From contig OZ251235.1 in assembly GCA_965240325.2 (NCBI GenBank), positions 2,046,001 through 2,110,000 of the forward strand: 64,000 nt of DNA, read 5' to 3'. Origin of the DNA: Rebecca billardiae RCC1528 (Eukaryota; Protista; Haptophyta). The notes beneath the pieces were generated by a model. The model made no database searches. It was not told the origin of the DNA and was given only the letters and a program-made list of their open reading frames with translations. Position numbers and translations under genes: made by a program. Positions 1-11,003 of the stretch are shown here, one piece after another; within the stretch, counting starts at the first letter, position 1, and every line of letters begins with the position of its first letter.

Positions 1-101
1 GGCGTGGGCACGTGGTGCGATGTGAGCGGCGTGATCGCGGGCGCGCACGGAGCGCGCGTGCGGTGGGGGCGGAGTCCGAGGGGCGTGCGGCGTGGACGCA
101 C

Positions 102-522
102 CTTCATGAAGAGGTTGTACGCGCTTGGGCTCCGAGGCGGGCGTGCTGCGCGCAGGCGGCGCAGTGCGTCGTGCAGCGGCGCGCGCGGGTCAGCGAGCCA
201 TCCAAACTGCGCGCGCGGCGCGGCCGCGCGCGCGCGCGGCGCAGGGCGCACCTGGCTTGTCCTTCTTCTTGCGCCCGCGCTTGGTCGTGACCGGTCCGGG
301 CGCCTTCGACTGCGGGTACGCCGTCTGCTGGATCTGCACGGCGAACACAGCCTTGCAGTTCCCGCACTGCACCGAAGTGATGCCTTCGGGCAGCTGCACT
401 TGCAGCTGCGAGCCACAGTTTGGGCAGGTGACCTGGTACCACTGCGGCTGCGGCATGGGCATCGACATCTGCGGCCAGTTTGGCGGGGCGGCGCCAGTCT
501 GCGCGCCGGCTCCTGGGATCAT
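102..522 (-). CDS. YABBY-like protein (C2C2 zinc finger + HMG-like YABBY-type domain), 3' part runs off the window
   Basis: Exon 522-252 encodes VTCPNCGSQLQVQLPEGITSVQCGNCKAVFAV and a basic KRGRKKK stretch. A GT-AG intron (251-146) joins in frame to exon 145-102 (ARPPRSPSAYNLFMK), followed by another GTGCGT donor. The ATG choice is uncertain. Confidence 0.7.
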
Positions 523-1237
523 CGCGTCCTCGGCCTCGGCGGTGTGCTGCGAGTCGCTGGTGTCGAGCTGCTGGCGCAGTTGGGAGCGAGTGCCCAGAGC
601 ACCTTGCTCGCCTATTTGACTCGTTGCCGACGAGCCAAAGGTCGGGCGGGCCCGCCCCAAGTCTGGCGCATCGGCTCGATAGCACAGGTTGATCGATCAT
701 CGAGCCCGAAGCTCTCGGGCGAGAAGGGGGACCAGTAGGGGCCCCTACAAAAACGCGAATGAGGGGTTCAAAGGAGACTCGCACCGATCGGAGCCGAGCG
801 CGCGCGCCCAGCGCCGTGGCGCGCTGCGTACGCAAACGGTTGGCGCTCGCGCGAAGCACGTTCAAAAATTGTTGAGTGCTCCCCTTTTTTTCTGTTTCAA
901 ATTCGACCGGTGGGGCCCGGACCTCAAGTCCTGAGGTCACGCATTTCGTCATCGCAAATCAGCGAACGTTCGAAAAGTGGAAGTACAGGGGTACGTGCCA
1001 GGCGGGTACCGCTCTAGCAGTTTCAAACACTGGTGATAGCTATCTCGCGCTTGCCGCCGCCTTGTGCCAAAAGTACCCGGATGAACTACACCGGACTGCG
1101 CAATCATCCGGAACGCTCGCAAAGCCGGAGCGGCCAGCGCGCGCCGCGCGGCTTTCCCTCGGACGACTTGTCGGGGCCGGGCCGCGAGGACGAGCAACAA
1201 GCACCCACGCGCACGGGCAGCACAACCACGACGTGCC

Positions 1238-1480
1238 ATGGCGGAGCCAAGCGGAGGACCTGGGCAGCAAGCGATCATGGCCTACTTGCAGGCGCACGAC
1301 CTGCAGGCCAAGCTCAACACGATGCTCAACGCGATGGTGCTGGAGCGCCCGAGCGACGTGCGTCGGTGGATGGGCGCCTACATCGAGCGCACGCACGGCA
1401 GCCGCGGCCAGAAGGTGGACGTGCGTATCCGCGGCTCGGCGACGGGCTCGGGCGTCGCCCTCAGCATCAGCCGGGCCTGA
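1238..1480 (+). CDS. Small protein with RIIa/Dpy-30-like dimerization-docking (D/D) motif
   Basis: 80-aa ORF with GCCATGG start context and GC3-biased codons. YLQAHDLQAKLNTMLNAMVLERPSDVRRWMGAYI fits the YL..h.l...L..ll..l..erP.d...f...Y pattern. Confidence 0.6.
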   Translation: MAEPSGGPGQQAIMAYLQAHDLQAKLNTMLNAMVLERPSDVRRWMGAYIERTHGSRGQKVDVRIRGSATGSGVALSISRA

Positions 1481-3390
1481 GGCGGCGCGGCGGGCTGCTT
1501 CGCCTCCTGCTCTGCGCCTGCGCCCTCGCGGAGCCGGCGGCGGGCGGCTGGATGTACGAAGACGCTGCGGACCTGATCGCGCGCGTCGTGGACGTCGAGG
1601 CCGTGGTGACCAGTGGCCGCCCGGCGCTGCTGGAGTTCTTCGCGCCGTGGTGCGGCCACTGCCAGGCCTTCGCCGGCGAGTACCGCGTGGCCGCGGCGAC
1701 GCTGGCGGCGGAGATGCCGACACTGTCTGTGGGCGCGATCGACTGTGTCGCCGACGCTGCCGTGTGCAGCTCGAACGCCGTCAAGATGTACCCGACGCTG
1801 CGGCTGTACGACCCGGTCGGGGCTGTGAGTGACTTCTCTGGCCGGCACACCGCGCGCCATGTCGTCGAGTGGGTCACGCGCACCGCGCTCACGTTCCCGG
1901 CCGCGCAGCCGCTCGTCGTGAGCACGGACGCGGCCGTGCGCGAGCTGGTGGCAGACTCGCCGCTGGTGCTCGCGGTGCCCGCGCTCGAGGCCGGCGAGGA
2001 CGTCGGCCTGCGACGGCTCGCGTTGCGCTGGGGCTCGGTCGCCCAGATTGGCGGATGGCGGCCGACGAGCGCTGCGCAGCCCTCGGCGCTCGCGGCGCTC
2101 GCACCGCAACGGCGGGCCGGTGAGCGCTCCCTCTGGCTGTTGCACGCCGCAGGCCGGGCACTGGCGCTCCCGACGGATCTGATGCACGCGGATGCCGCGC
2201 GCGCGCTCGCGGCCGTGCCCGAGGCGGAGGCGGTGCTCAGCAGCGCGCTGGGCATCCGCTTCAACAGCACGCACGCCGCACGCGCCGCTGCCGCTGCGCG
2301 CGACAAGCTGGCGGCCGGCGGCGGCGTCGGCCGCGCGGCGCGCGCAACCGTCGCCGTGCAAAACGCGAGCGCGCCGGAGGCGGACTTGCACGAGGCGGTG
2401 CGCGCCTGGCTCACGTACAACGTCTTCATCGGCGTGGAAATCCTCAGCGGCGCGCGCCTCAGGAGCGTCGCCTCCATCCTGCGCGTCCTCGGCGCGTCCC
2501 AGCCACCGGTCGGGCCGGCCGTCGTCGGCGCAATGGCGACGGCTCTCGGCCAGCTGGCTGACGCTGGCGACGACGTGCCGCGCGCCCGCTGGGAGAGCAT
2601 GCTCGACGCGCACGGCGTGCGGGCATCGGCGGATGGCCAGCCGGCCGCGTGGCGTGAGTGCGCGCCGAGCGTCTCCCCCTTCACCTGCGGCCTGTGGCTC
2701 GTCCTCCACGCGGCCACGGTGCGCGCCGCGGCGGACGCAGATGCGTCGTCCGTGTTTGCCGCCGTCGTCGACCTCGTCGATCGCTTCTTCGGGTGCGACA
2801 CGTGCCGCGCGCACTTCCTCGCGCTGGTCGAGGCGGATGGCGCCGCGCTGCGCACGCGCACGGCCGGCCGGCGCGAGCTCGCCCTCTGGCTCTGGCGCGC
2901 GCACAACAGCGTCAACGCGCGGCTCGCTCGCGAGCGCAGCTCCCCCCGCGCGCGCGGCAAGGCGCAACGGCCGACCCGCGCGGAGTGCCCACAGTGCAAG
3001 GGTGGGGAGGGCGCCTGGGACGAGCAGGCGGTGCTCAGCTGGCTCGCTCGACGGTACTGCGGGCCTGCGCCTGGGCCCGGCGCGCAGGCGCCACGTCGCT
3101 GTGGATCGATCGCCGACCGGACTCCGGCGCGCGCAAACGCGTGGGGCTCGAGTGCCAGCCACGGCCTCTCCACAAACGCAGCCATCGCGGACGTGGTCAG
3201 CGCATCGACCATGCTGCCGGCCATCCCGGTGTGGCTGTGCGCGCTCGCGCTGTGCTGGGTTTGGCGGCGACGCGCGTGCTCTCGGCGAGGTCCTGCCTGG
3301 CGCCGCGGCGGGGCAGCGGCGGCGCACGGGCCGACCAACCTCCAATCTGCGCTCGACGCTGGATCGCCGCCGCCTGCACGCAGCCTGTGA
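1477..3390 (+). CDS. QSOX: Quiescin sulfhydryl oxidase (thioredoxin + Erv/ALR domains); start uncertain
   Basis: Motifs EFFAPWCGHC, FTCGLWLVLH, FFGCDTCRAHF, LWLWRAHNSVNARL and CPQC, plus a C-terminal TM segment. A signal-peptide-like LRRRGGLLRLLLCACALA begins at CTG 1477. Confidence 0.9.
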   Translation: MRRRGGLLRLLLCACALAEPAAGGWMYEDAADLIARVVDVEAVVTSGRPALLEFFAPWCGHCQAFAGEYRVAAATLAAEMPTLSVGAIDCVADAAVCSSNAVKMYPTLRLYDPVGAVSDFSGRHTARHVVEWVTRTALTFPAAQPLVVSTDAAVRELVADSPLVLAVPALEAGEDVGLRRLALRWGSVAQIGGWRPTSAAQPSALAALAPQRRAGERSLWLLHAAGRALALPTDLMHADAARALAAVPEAEAVLSSALGIRFNSTHAARAAAAARDKLAAGGGVGRAARATVAVQNASAPEADLHEAVRAWLTYNVFIGVEILSGARLRSVASILRVLGASQPPVGPAVVGAMATALGQLADAGDDVPRARWESMLDAHGVRASADGQPAAWRECAPSVSPFTCGLWLVLHAATVRAAADADASSVFAAVVDLVDRFFGCDTCRAHFLALVEADGAALRTRTAGRRELALWLWRAHNSVNARLARERSSPRARGKAQRPTRAECPQCKGGEGAWDEQAVLSWLARRYCGPAPGPGAQAPRRCGSIADRTPARANAWGSSASHGLSTNAAIADVVSASTMLPAIPVWLCALALCWVWRRRACSRRGPAWRRGGAAAAHGPTNLQSALDAGSPPPARSL

Positions 3391-3699
3391 CCCGTGGCCG
3401 TAGGGGGTCCATGAGACCATGACAGCAGCCCATTGATTTATTGTGATTTCGACAACCATGCCATGTAGGTGTCTGACGAGCGTGGCGCTTGCGGAGTCAC
3501 TTACCAATATGTCCCAGAGAGCCGAGCCGACCCGGACCACCGCGGGCTCGCAGCCGTCGAATTCGGAGCCGGCCGCGTACGTCGCCATCAGGTCTACTCA
3601 GGACTAACGGTACTAAGTAGACTCCGGGTCGACTCCGTACTCAGCATCGTATAAGCTCGACGGGCGCTGGCGCGCCGCGAGGCGGCCGCAGCCCTCATC

Positions 3700-3850
3700 C
3701 AGGCCTCACAGGCGGACGGCTAAACGTCTAAAAACGAATTTTCCCGGCGGCGGCGCTACCATCGGCGACGGCTTCATGGGCGGTGACAGTTGGCGGGCGT
3801 CAATCTCGCCTGCCTGTGAGCTGTGTGCGTCTCTTATTCTTAGTAAACTG
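3700..3850. repeat. Dispersed ~150-bp repeat, copy A (putative Tc1/mariner-pogo-like non-autonomous fragment)
   Basis: Near-identical to 10028-10175 with the same boundaries. Its end is the reverse complement of TA-CAGTTTACTAAGAATAAGAGACGCAC at 5327-5354. Confidence 0.7.
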
Positions 3851-5423
3851 CAAAAACCGGTGACTCGGATCACTCGGAACGTCGTCGCGTCGACTGTCAC
3901 TGATCATGCTAGCTGTGACGGTAGCCGTGACCCGCCGCCGTCGCGGCAAGCGAGCAGTTGACTGTTGAGCTAGCATAGCAGTGATGACGTGACGCGTCGT
4001 AGTTCAGCGTAACTTCAAGTACTTAGTAGCCTAGTGAACTACATTACTCAGTTTAGTTGCCGAGCGCGGAGCGGCAGGGCGTGTGGCGTATCACACCTAT
4101 ACGGTAGTCACTCCGCGTAGTTATTATTTTATTATTACTATTATTATTATACGACGTTATAATTATATATAATTATAAGATAATTGTGGATTCGTAACTC
4201 TAATCACCCGGATCTGCACTCACTGACTCACGGCACCGGCGGCCGCGCCGCGCGCAGTCACTACGGACCGACTACTCGCGGGTCAGCGCGTTAAGTCCGT
4301 TAACGTGCATCGTGAGTGCCCCTGAGTCAGCACGACCGGGTCACGCCACTCACGGTCCGGGTCACACCTGCAGTGGTCGTCGTCGATGCGCGCCGGCCCG
4401 CCCGGGCCCGCCGGCGGCGCCCGCGGCGGGCCTGCGGCCCTGGCGCGCGCGCAGCATGAGCACCGGCGCGCGGCGCGGACGACGCCAGCCGGCCCCGCGG
4501 GCGCGGGGGGAGCTCAGACCGGCTCGGTAGCCGGTGCAGTCATCGCCTAGCTAGGCTGCCGTACTGGCCAGGCCCGGTTCTGCGTAGTCGGAGTAGAGTC
4601 AGAGAGTGCCGCCGGCACTGTGAGCATTGAGCACTGATGCTTGAAGCCGCGCGCAGTACCGCATATGTGCCATGTGGCCTCGTACCATCTCATTCGGCTT
4701 AGCACGGCGGTCCCAGTATGCAAACTCTTGTATGATCGAAATTTTGTATGCCTGAGTCAGCCAGCAGGCTGACTCAGGCTGGCGGAGTGTGAGGCCTGAG
4801 GGCTGCATCAAGGGCGGCGCGGCCGGGCGCGCTCACACTGACGAGCGCGGACTCGCTCATAGACAGACGGTCAATCAAGCTGCCCCCGCGCCGGGATGAC
4901 GAAGCATCGTCAGGCAATAATTAAGACGCCCGCTGGCGCTAAGACGGACTCACTCAACTTGTAATACGGTGACTAAACTCTAAGATCACTATAGTCTATA
5001 CCGGTCATTGTCTCTTGGTCGTATTCTCAGTCGGATGCCAGCGGATTCATGTGAGCTGCGCCCAGTGATGATGAGCCAAAGGTAGAGACTAGTCACTAGA
5101 GGGCCACCGACTTCAGAGTACCGCGCAGACTACAGACGGCGACGGCGCCGTCCCGGGCGTCCGATCGATGATGTGGGCCAGCACAGTGGGGCGGCGCGCT
5201 GGCGCGCGCTGACTGACTCATCCTGATATTCACCATGACAATCACTAATCAGGGGCGGAGGCGAGAGCGGCGGCCCGCAGAGACCGCTCTCACGGCAGCG
5301 TACAAGTATGTAAGTAAAGTACAGTATACAGTTTACTAAGAATAAGAGACGCACTACAGTAGTACAAGTATGGGGGTACTGTTACGTACAGACTTCTAAG
5401 TTGCCCGCAGCCGATTAGTCAGC

Positions 5424-6802
5424 ATGTCGTCCGGCTTGGGACGCGCCGCCCCATCGTCACGGCATGGCGTCCGAGGAACAGCGTCAAGGATCCCGTCGCG
5501 ACCAAGCTTCCTCGTCTGCGTGGCACTACTAGCCTCGGCTTGCCCGACCTCGCGGGCGATTGGCGCAGACGACGAGCCCTCGCATCCCACCAGACAGCTG
5601 ATTGAGACTCGCTGGCCCGGCCCGGCAACGACGATGACAGCCAGTCGAGCCCGGTGGGATCCAGCTGCAAACCTGGGCCGGCTGCCGGCTGCAGCGGAGG
5701 CAGGGCACGACCAGACACTCGGGCACACTACCTCGCAGCCTCCACTCGAGCCGCGCTCACTCTGCATCAAGGGTCGCCAAGCACCAACTGTCTTCATCCT
5801 CGGGTGCAACAAGTGTGGCACGACCAGCATCACGCGGCAGATGCAAAATGCCTTCAAGGGGCGCGCCATGCGCGTCGCAACGGGCAAACGGCTCGAGGGC
5901 GAGCCCGTGTTCTACGAGAAGGAAAAGCACTTCTTCGACATCGACGCGAACTTCGCCAAGGGCTTCGAATGGTACCTCTCTCACTTCCCGCCGTGTACCG
6001 CACCTGCTGCCGTGATCCTTGACGCGACCCCCGATTACCTCAGGACACCGAGTGTCCCACAGCGACTGGCTCAAGCATACGGCGAACATCGCAAGGAATT
6101 GACGTTCATCGTGATCCTACGTGACCCTGTGCGCGCGATGGTGCTGGCGCCGCTCTCTTCCGCGCGCCCCGGACTGAGTGAGTGCACCCAGCTGCAGCGC
6201 GTGCCACTGCTGACATGCACCAGCGCACATATCCACACCACACTGCGTTTGCCTGCCTGCAGGCTGAACGCGTCGAATCAGCCTTTTATCATGCGGTGGG
6301 CATCCACTCGCGCATGCCCAGTTGGGTGTACCAGAGCAGCGATCCGCCGTACACCCACTGGGTGCGTAGGTTTTTGGAGCTTGCACACAACTGCACTCGC
6401 CAAGACAGGGTCCCACTTTGGCCGAGGTGCGGCAGCATTGTGAGCCTCTTCGCGTCGCTCTACGCAGACCAGCTGCAGCATTGGTTCAGGGTTTTCGCTC
6501 CGTCGCAGTTTGTCGTGATCCCCTTCGACCTGTACTTGTCCAACAACACGCTGGTGATGGCCGACCTCGCAGCTCGACTCGGCATGCACGTGAAGCCTGG
6601 CCGGGCGCAGGCGGGTGCGAAGGCCCTGAACCGCAGGAAAAAGCCACGCGCGGCGCACGACGTTGCAGCAACGGCCTCAATGCGACCATTTTTTGTTGGG
6701 CCAAATGGACGGCTCGACGCGTTGCTGAGCAGCAATGCTGTTCACGTGTGCCCGGATGGCCAGTTGCCACACGAGCATGGCTCGCATTTTTTCGCGTACT
6801 AG
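5424..6802 (+). CDS. Golgi-type sulfotransferase (heparan-sulfate O-sulfotransferase-like, P-loop PAPS-binding fold)
   Basis: N-terminal hydrophobic anchor; ILGCNKCGTTSI (5'-PSB), KEKHFFD and DATPDY. Intron 6129-6262 restores ILRDP|AERVESAFYH (3'-PB). Confidence 0.85.
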
Positions 6803-6949
6803 CCTCGAAGCAACGCGGAGCAGTCTCATGCGACGATAGCAATGGCCGCATCATCAGCGCAATGTCTTAGTCGTAGTATATAGGAATTCTACTCCGACGA
6901 CCGTACGGGCCTTAAAACGCGCCGCCGGCCGCTCTCTGAGATAACTGTA

Positions 6950-7598
6950 CTAATCGTAGCGGCAATCCGGCGGGCGCAATAAGGAGCTGTCACTTTATAT
7001 TAATATAATAACAAACTGATGATGGGGCTTGCTATCTGCGGATCTGGCTGACTGGAAACTGAGACTAGCGATTATTGGCTGGTTCGCTATACGCATAGTC
7101 ATGCTACACTAAGAAACCGGGACTACGTCGTCGCGGCTGACGAGTGCGGCCCGCCGAGGCGCAGTGGCCAGTGGGAGGCGCGGCGCCGGCGGCCCGACTA
7201 CAAGTACAGGCCAAGTCCCGCCTTCTCCTGATGAGTGATGACTGACTCCTGGCCAGTGCACCGCAGCATCCATGCAACATCACGCCAGATTTGCTCCAAT
7301 AAAATGGCGGGCTGAAATATATTTCGTCGGCCTCGCCGGCAGCCTGGCCTAAAGGCTAAAGTCTAAACTCACTAAAGACTCAGCGGGGGGCTCTGCCCCC
7401 GCGCCCGCTGCGCCCCCCGCGCCTGCGCGGCGGGCGGACCTAGCTATAAGAAACTGAGACTCCGTAGCAGCGCGCTCACAGGGCTACCGAACGGCGGCTA
7501 AGCAGCCTAAGTCGGGCTAAGAATAAAGAAACCGAGACTACCGTAGCCGTGAGATCTCTGACGACTTATTCTAATAATAATTGCCCGCGATTGACCTG
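6950..7598. mobile_element. MITE copy 1 (decayed, left end disrupted)
   Basis: Homologous along its length to 26638-27122; right end ...TTGCCCGCGATTGACCTG-TA. Confidence 0.7.
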
Positions 7599-7688
7599 TA
7601 CCGTGTACGGGTCTAAGCCGGCGTCAGCACACGCACTCACGATGCTATCTATCTGATTAGCTCATCATTAGCAGTGATAGTATGTTTG

Positions 7689-7719
7689 AATATATATATA
7701 TACTTATATATATATATAA

Positions 7720-7800
<81 letters not shown>

Positions 7801-7874
7801 GACACACACACGCGGCACATCATATCGATAGCAGATAGATAGATCGTCGAGATAGCATCAGATAGATAGACGAT

Positions 7875-7907
<33 letters not shown>
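7689..7907. repeat. (AT)n and (AG)n microsatellites
   Basis: Direct reading. Confidence 0.95.
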
Positions 7908-7912
<5 letters not shown>

Positions 7913-7925
7913 GCTGCCACTGGCG

Positions 7926-8747
7926 CTATTCTTCGCGGCTCCGCTGCCGCCCGCCGCCGAGGCGGCCGACCACAGCTGGCAGGCCAAAGAAAGCTGCAGA
8001 GCGAGCCACCTGCAGTTGCGATGGTTGCTTGAGCAGCGCGATGGCCAGCAGGTACAGGTGTGGGCCTGCCGTCGAAGTGAGGTGAAAGAGGGCGTGGGTC
8101 GGCATCACCTTCATCCACGGCAGGCTCGCGCAGCCCAGCTCGCCGGGCACCCAGAGCAGGGCAAAGCCACCCACGTACACGAGCGTCGCGGCGACAATCA
8201 GCCTGCGCTGCAGCGGCGGCGTGCGGCTGGCGAGCGTCACGAAGGAATAGCGGCCGGCAACGACGACGAGAGCGGCTACACTCGCGATGTACATTGCCAG
8301 GAAGCGCTCGAACCCCCCTTTGAAGTAGACGACGGTTGCGAAGGCGCTATAGGTGCCAAGCGCCGACGTCGACCAGTGCCGGTTCGAGTGGCCTGTGCGC
8401 GCGTCAGCGGCGCGCACACTCGCGTCGATGAAGATGCAGGAACCCCAGAGCATCGGCAACTCGTCTAATATCTGCCCCTCCCGTCGCAGCGTGGCATGGA
8501 ACGCCATCGTGCCCACGCCGATCACGAAGACGAGCAGGTAAGCGCACAGCAGCTCGTGGCCAAGCGCATGCGCGACGCACATGCGCATGCCCGCCGCGCC
8601 GATGGCGATGATAGGTGCTGCTGTTAGAGTGTTCCAGAACTCGGCCACCATCGGCGTGACGGCGTAGTCGCCTTCGCAAAAGTTCATCGTGGAAGTGGGG
8701 GGTCCCCACATGCCTGGAGGCCCTCCGGACACGCTCGCGGCCACCAT
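7926..8747 (-). CDS. Alkaline ceramidase (CREST superfamily)
   Basis: WGPPTSTMNFCEGDY, AEFWNTLT, GTMAFHATL, QILDELPML and HALFHL motifs; multiple TM helices. Confidence 0.9.
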   Translation of the reverse strand: MVAASVSGGPPGMWGPPTSTMNFCEGDYAVTPMVAEFWNTLTAAPIIAIGAAGMRMCVAHALGHELLCAYLLVFVIGVGTMAFHATLRREGQILDELPMLWGSCIFIDASVRAADARTGHSNRHWSTSALGTYSAFATVVYFKGGFERFLAMYIASVAALVVVAGRYSFVTLASRTPPLQRRLIVAATLVYVGGFALLWVPGELGCASLPWMKVMPTHALFHLTSTAGPHLYLLAIALLKQPSQLQVARSAAFFGLPAVVGRLGGGRQRSREE

Positions 8748-8872
8748 GCTGAAATAGCGGCGCAGAATCTTCACAAGCGCAGTCGTGTTTCACAGCGTGG
8801 TGAGCAGCGAACTTTCAGGGACTCTGCGACGACTTGTTGGCACCCAGCATCACGCGTCGTGGTCGCGCCCTG

Positions 8873-9936
8873 ATGCCCGGGTTCATCCTCCGGCCGGCCA
8901 AGCAACAGCCCGTCGAGGTGTCTGGAGTCACCCCAACGGCACCCACGAGCCATGCGCAGATCACTGCGACCTTCTCGGCTGGCTTTTTGGCCGGCCCGAA
9001 GCTCCCGCTCATCTCCGACCTGCTCGCGGAGCACCGCGCCGCAGTCGCAGCCGTCAAGGCGAGCCCCGAGCTGCGCGGCATCCTCGGGCCTGAGCACGAC
9101 GACCTGTACATCCTGCGGTACGTGCTCTCGAACAAAGGCGACGCGGATGCCGCTGCCTCCGCCGTACTGCGAAGCATCAACTGGCGGCGTGAGCACGCAG
9201 ACCTGCTGTTGCGTATCGATGCTCTGCAAGCTGATGTCCGCGCGACCATTGCGACAGGCATGCTCCCGTGGCGCACAGTGAACGGGCAGCCGGTGCAGTT
9301 CACGATGCCCTTTGCCGTTCCTACAGAGCAGTGGGCCACCAAGTCGGAGGACTGGCACTTCGAGGCGGGCATTTCGAACCGCGAGCTCGCGTATCGCACG
9401 TGCGACCGTCTGACGCGCGAGAGCGGTCGGCTGCACAAGCTGGTGATGCTGCAGGATGCCACCGGACTTTCGCTCTCGTTCGTGCTGCGCGCGCACAAGC
9501 TCGCTGGGAACCAGGGTAAGCTGAGTAAGCTGTCCGAATTCCTCTACCCGCAGCTGATCGACAAGATCATCATCACGCACCCGCCACCCTTCCTTTCGCT
9601 GCTGCACCGCATGGCAGCCGTCTCGATGAGTGAGCGCACACTCAGAAAGTTCAAGGTGGCAGCCGACGCGCACGAGATTGCTGAGGTGTGCGCGACGCCG
9701 CGAGCTCATCCACCCACCAAGCCATCTGCGAGCCACCGCTGACGCGCCCCGCGCCCGCGCCCCACGCACGTCGCTCGCGCGCTTCGCCACTGCACCAGAA
9801 AGCGGACCTGGGTGACGTGGGCCGCGTGCCCGAGTGCCTCGGCGGGAGCAAGGAGTGGGACGAGGGCTGGGTGCCGCTCGACCGCCACGGCGCGATCCGC
9901 AAGCAAAGGCGAGAGGCGGCGTCGTCAGAGGTCTGA
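8873..9936 (+). CDS. CRAL-TRIO/Sec14 lipid-binding protein
   Basis: DDLYILRYVLS, INWRRE, DATGLS and YPQLIDKIIITHPP. Intron 9686-9798 adds a terminal exon with VPECLGG. Confidence 0.85.
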
Positions 9937-10027
9937 TGACCTCGGAGCCGGTGGGACCAGCCCCGCCGTACGTGCGCTGTACGTTTTTAATATAAATAAT
10001 AATAAAGCAGAGCGTAGTAGTGTAACA

Positions 10028-10175
10028 CAGGCCTCGCAGGCGGACGGCTGAACGAATTTTTCCGGCGGCGCTACCATCGGCGACGGCTTCATGGGCGGTG
10101 ACGGTTGGCGGGCGTCAATCTCGCCTGCCTGAGCTGTGTGCGTACTAACTACTACCTCTTATTCTTAGTAAACTG
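10028..10175. repeat. Dispersed ~150-bp repeat, copy B
   Basis: Matches 3700-3850; ends ...AGTAAACTG followed by TA. Confidence 0.7.
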
Positions 10176-11003
10176 TAACTCTTGAGTAACTCAGTACTAA
10201 TATGTATTTACTAATGTCGTAACTCCGAACTCGGCGGCCCGCGCTCCGATTATGATTTATGACCGTGATATACGCCTACGGCATATCAGATTATAGGGCC
10301 GTGCTGGAAGCAGAGTGCGGTACGTACTTATACCGAACCGCAGAGGCAGAGGGCACCGAGACTTAAGCGAGAGCGGAGCTAGGCGAGACCACAGGCAGAG
10401 AGGCTGCGAGGCCGAGTGGCAGTGCCGAGTGCCGCCGAGACCCGAGTGACGCGGCCGTGCGGGCGTGGTCGTGGATGGACGCCGCATGCCCCAGGGTGCG
10501 GCCTGCCGCACTGGTCTGCGGCGCAGCGGCTCCGGGTCAGGGTCAGCTGCGGCAGCGGCGCCGCGCCGCGACGGCACTTCGTACGAATGCGACTCCCGTC
10601 GATCCTCACGTATCAGAGACACCATGAGACTCGCGGCCACGGCCGCAGCGCGCGCCGGGCCTGCGCGAACGCCTGTCGTCCCAGGGGCGGGACTCGCAGA
10701 CGTCGGTTGGCGCTGCAGCTGGCGGCCTGGCTGGCGCCCGGTCACGTGCGCAGCGAGAGCGAGCAGGCGCACATCGTGGACGGGCACGCCTAGCAGGGGC
10801 GACCAGGAAGTGCGTGAGCTCGCCACGCGCGCAGCACTCACCTCACAACCGACACCGGCGCGCCCGCCAGTCCAGCACCAACCGAGCAGCCATGCGCACG
10901 ATGGCGGCGCCGAGCGCTCGGCGTGCCGGCGACGGCGGCGTCATGGCAGCGCGAGCCGAGCGCGGACGCGCGGTAGCGCCCGTGTGCCTGCGCGGCCGCC
11001 GCC

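Noticed and set aside
1033-1476. N-terminal 148 aa of the 785-aa ORF as part of QSOX
   Set aside because: Non-protein-like composition, overlaps a better-coding ORF in another frame, and lies before the signal peptide.
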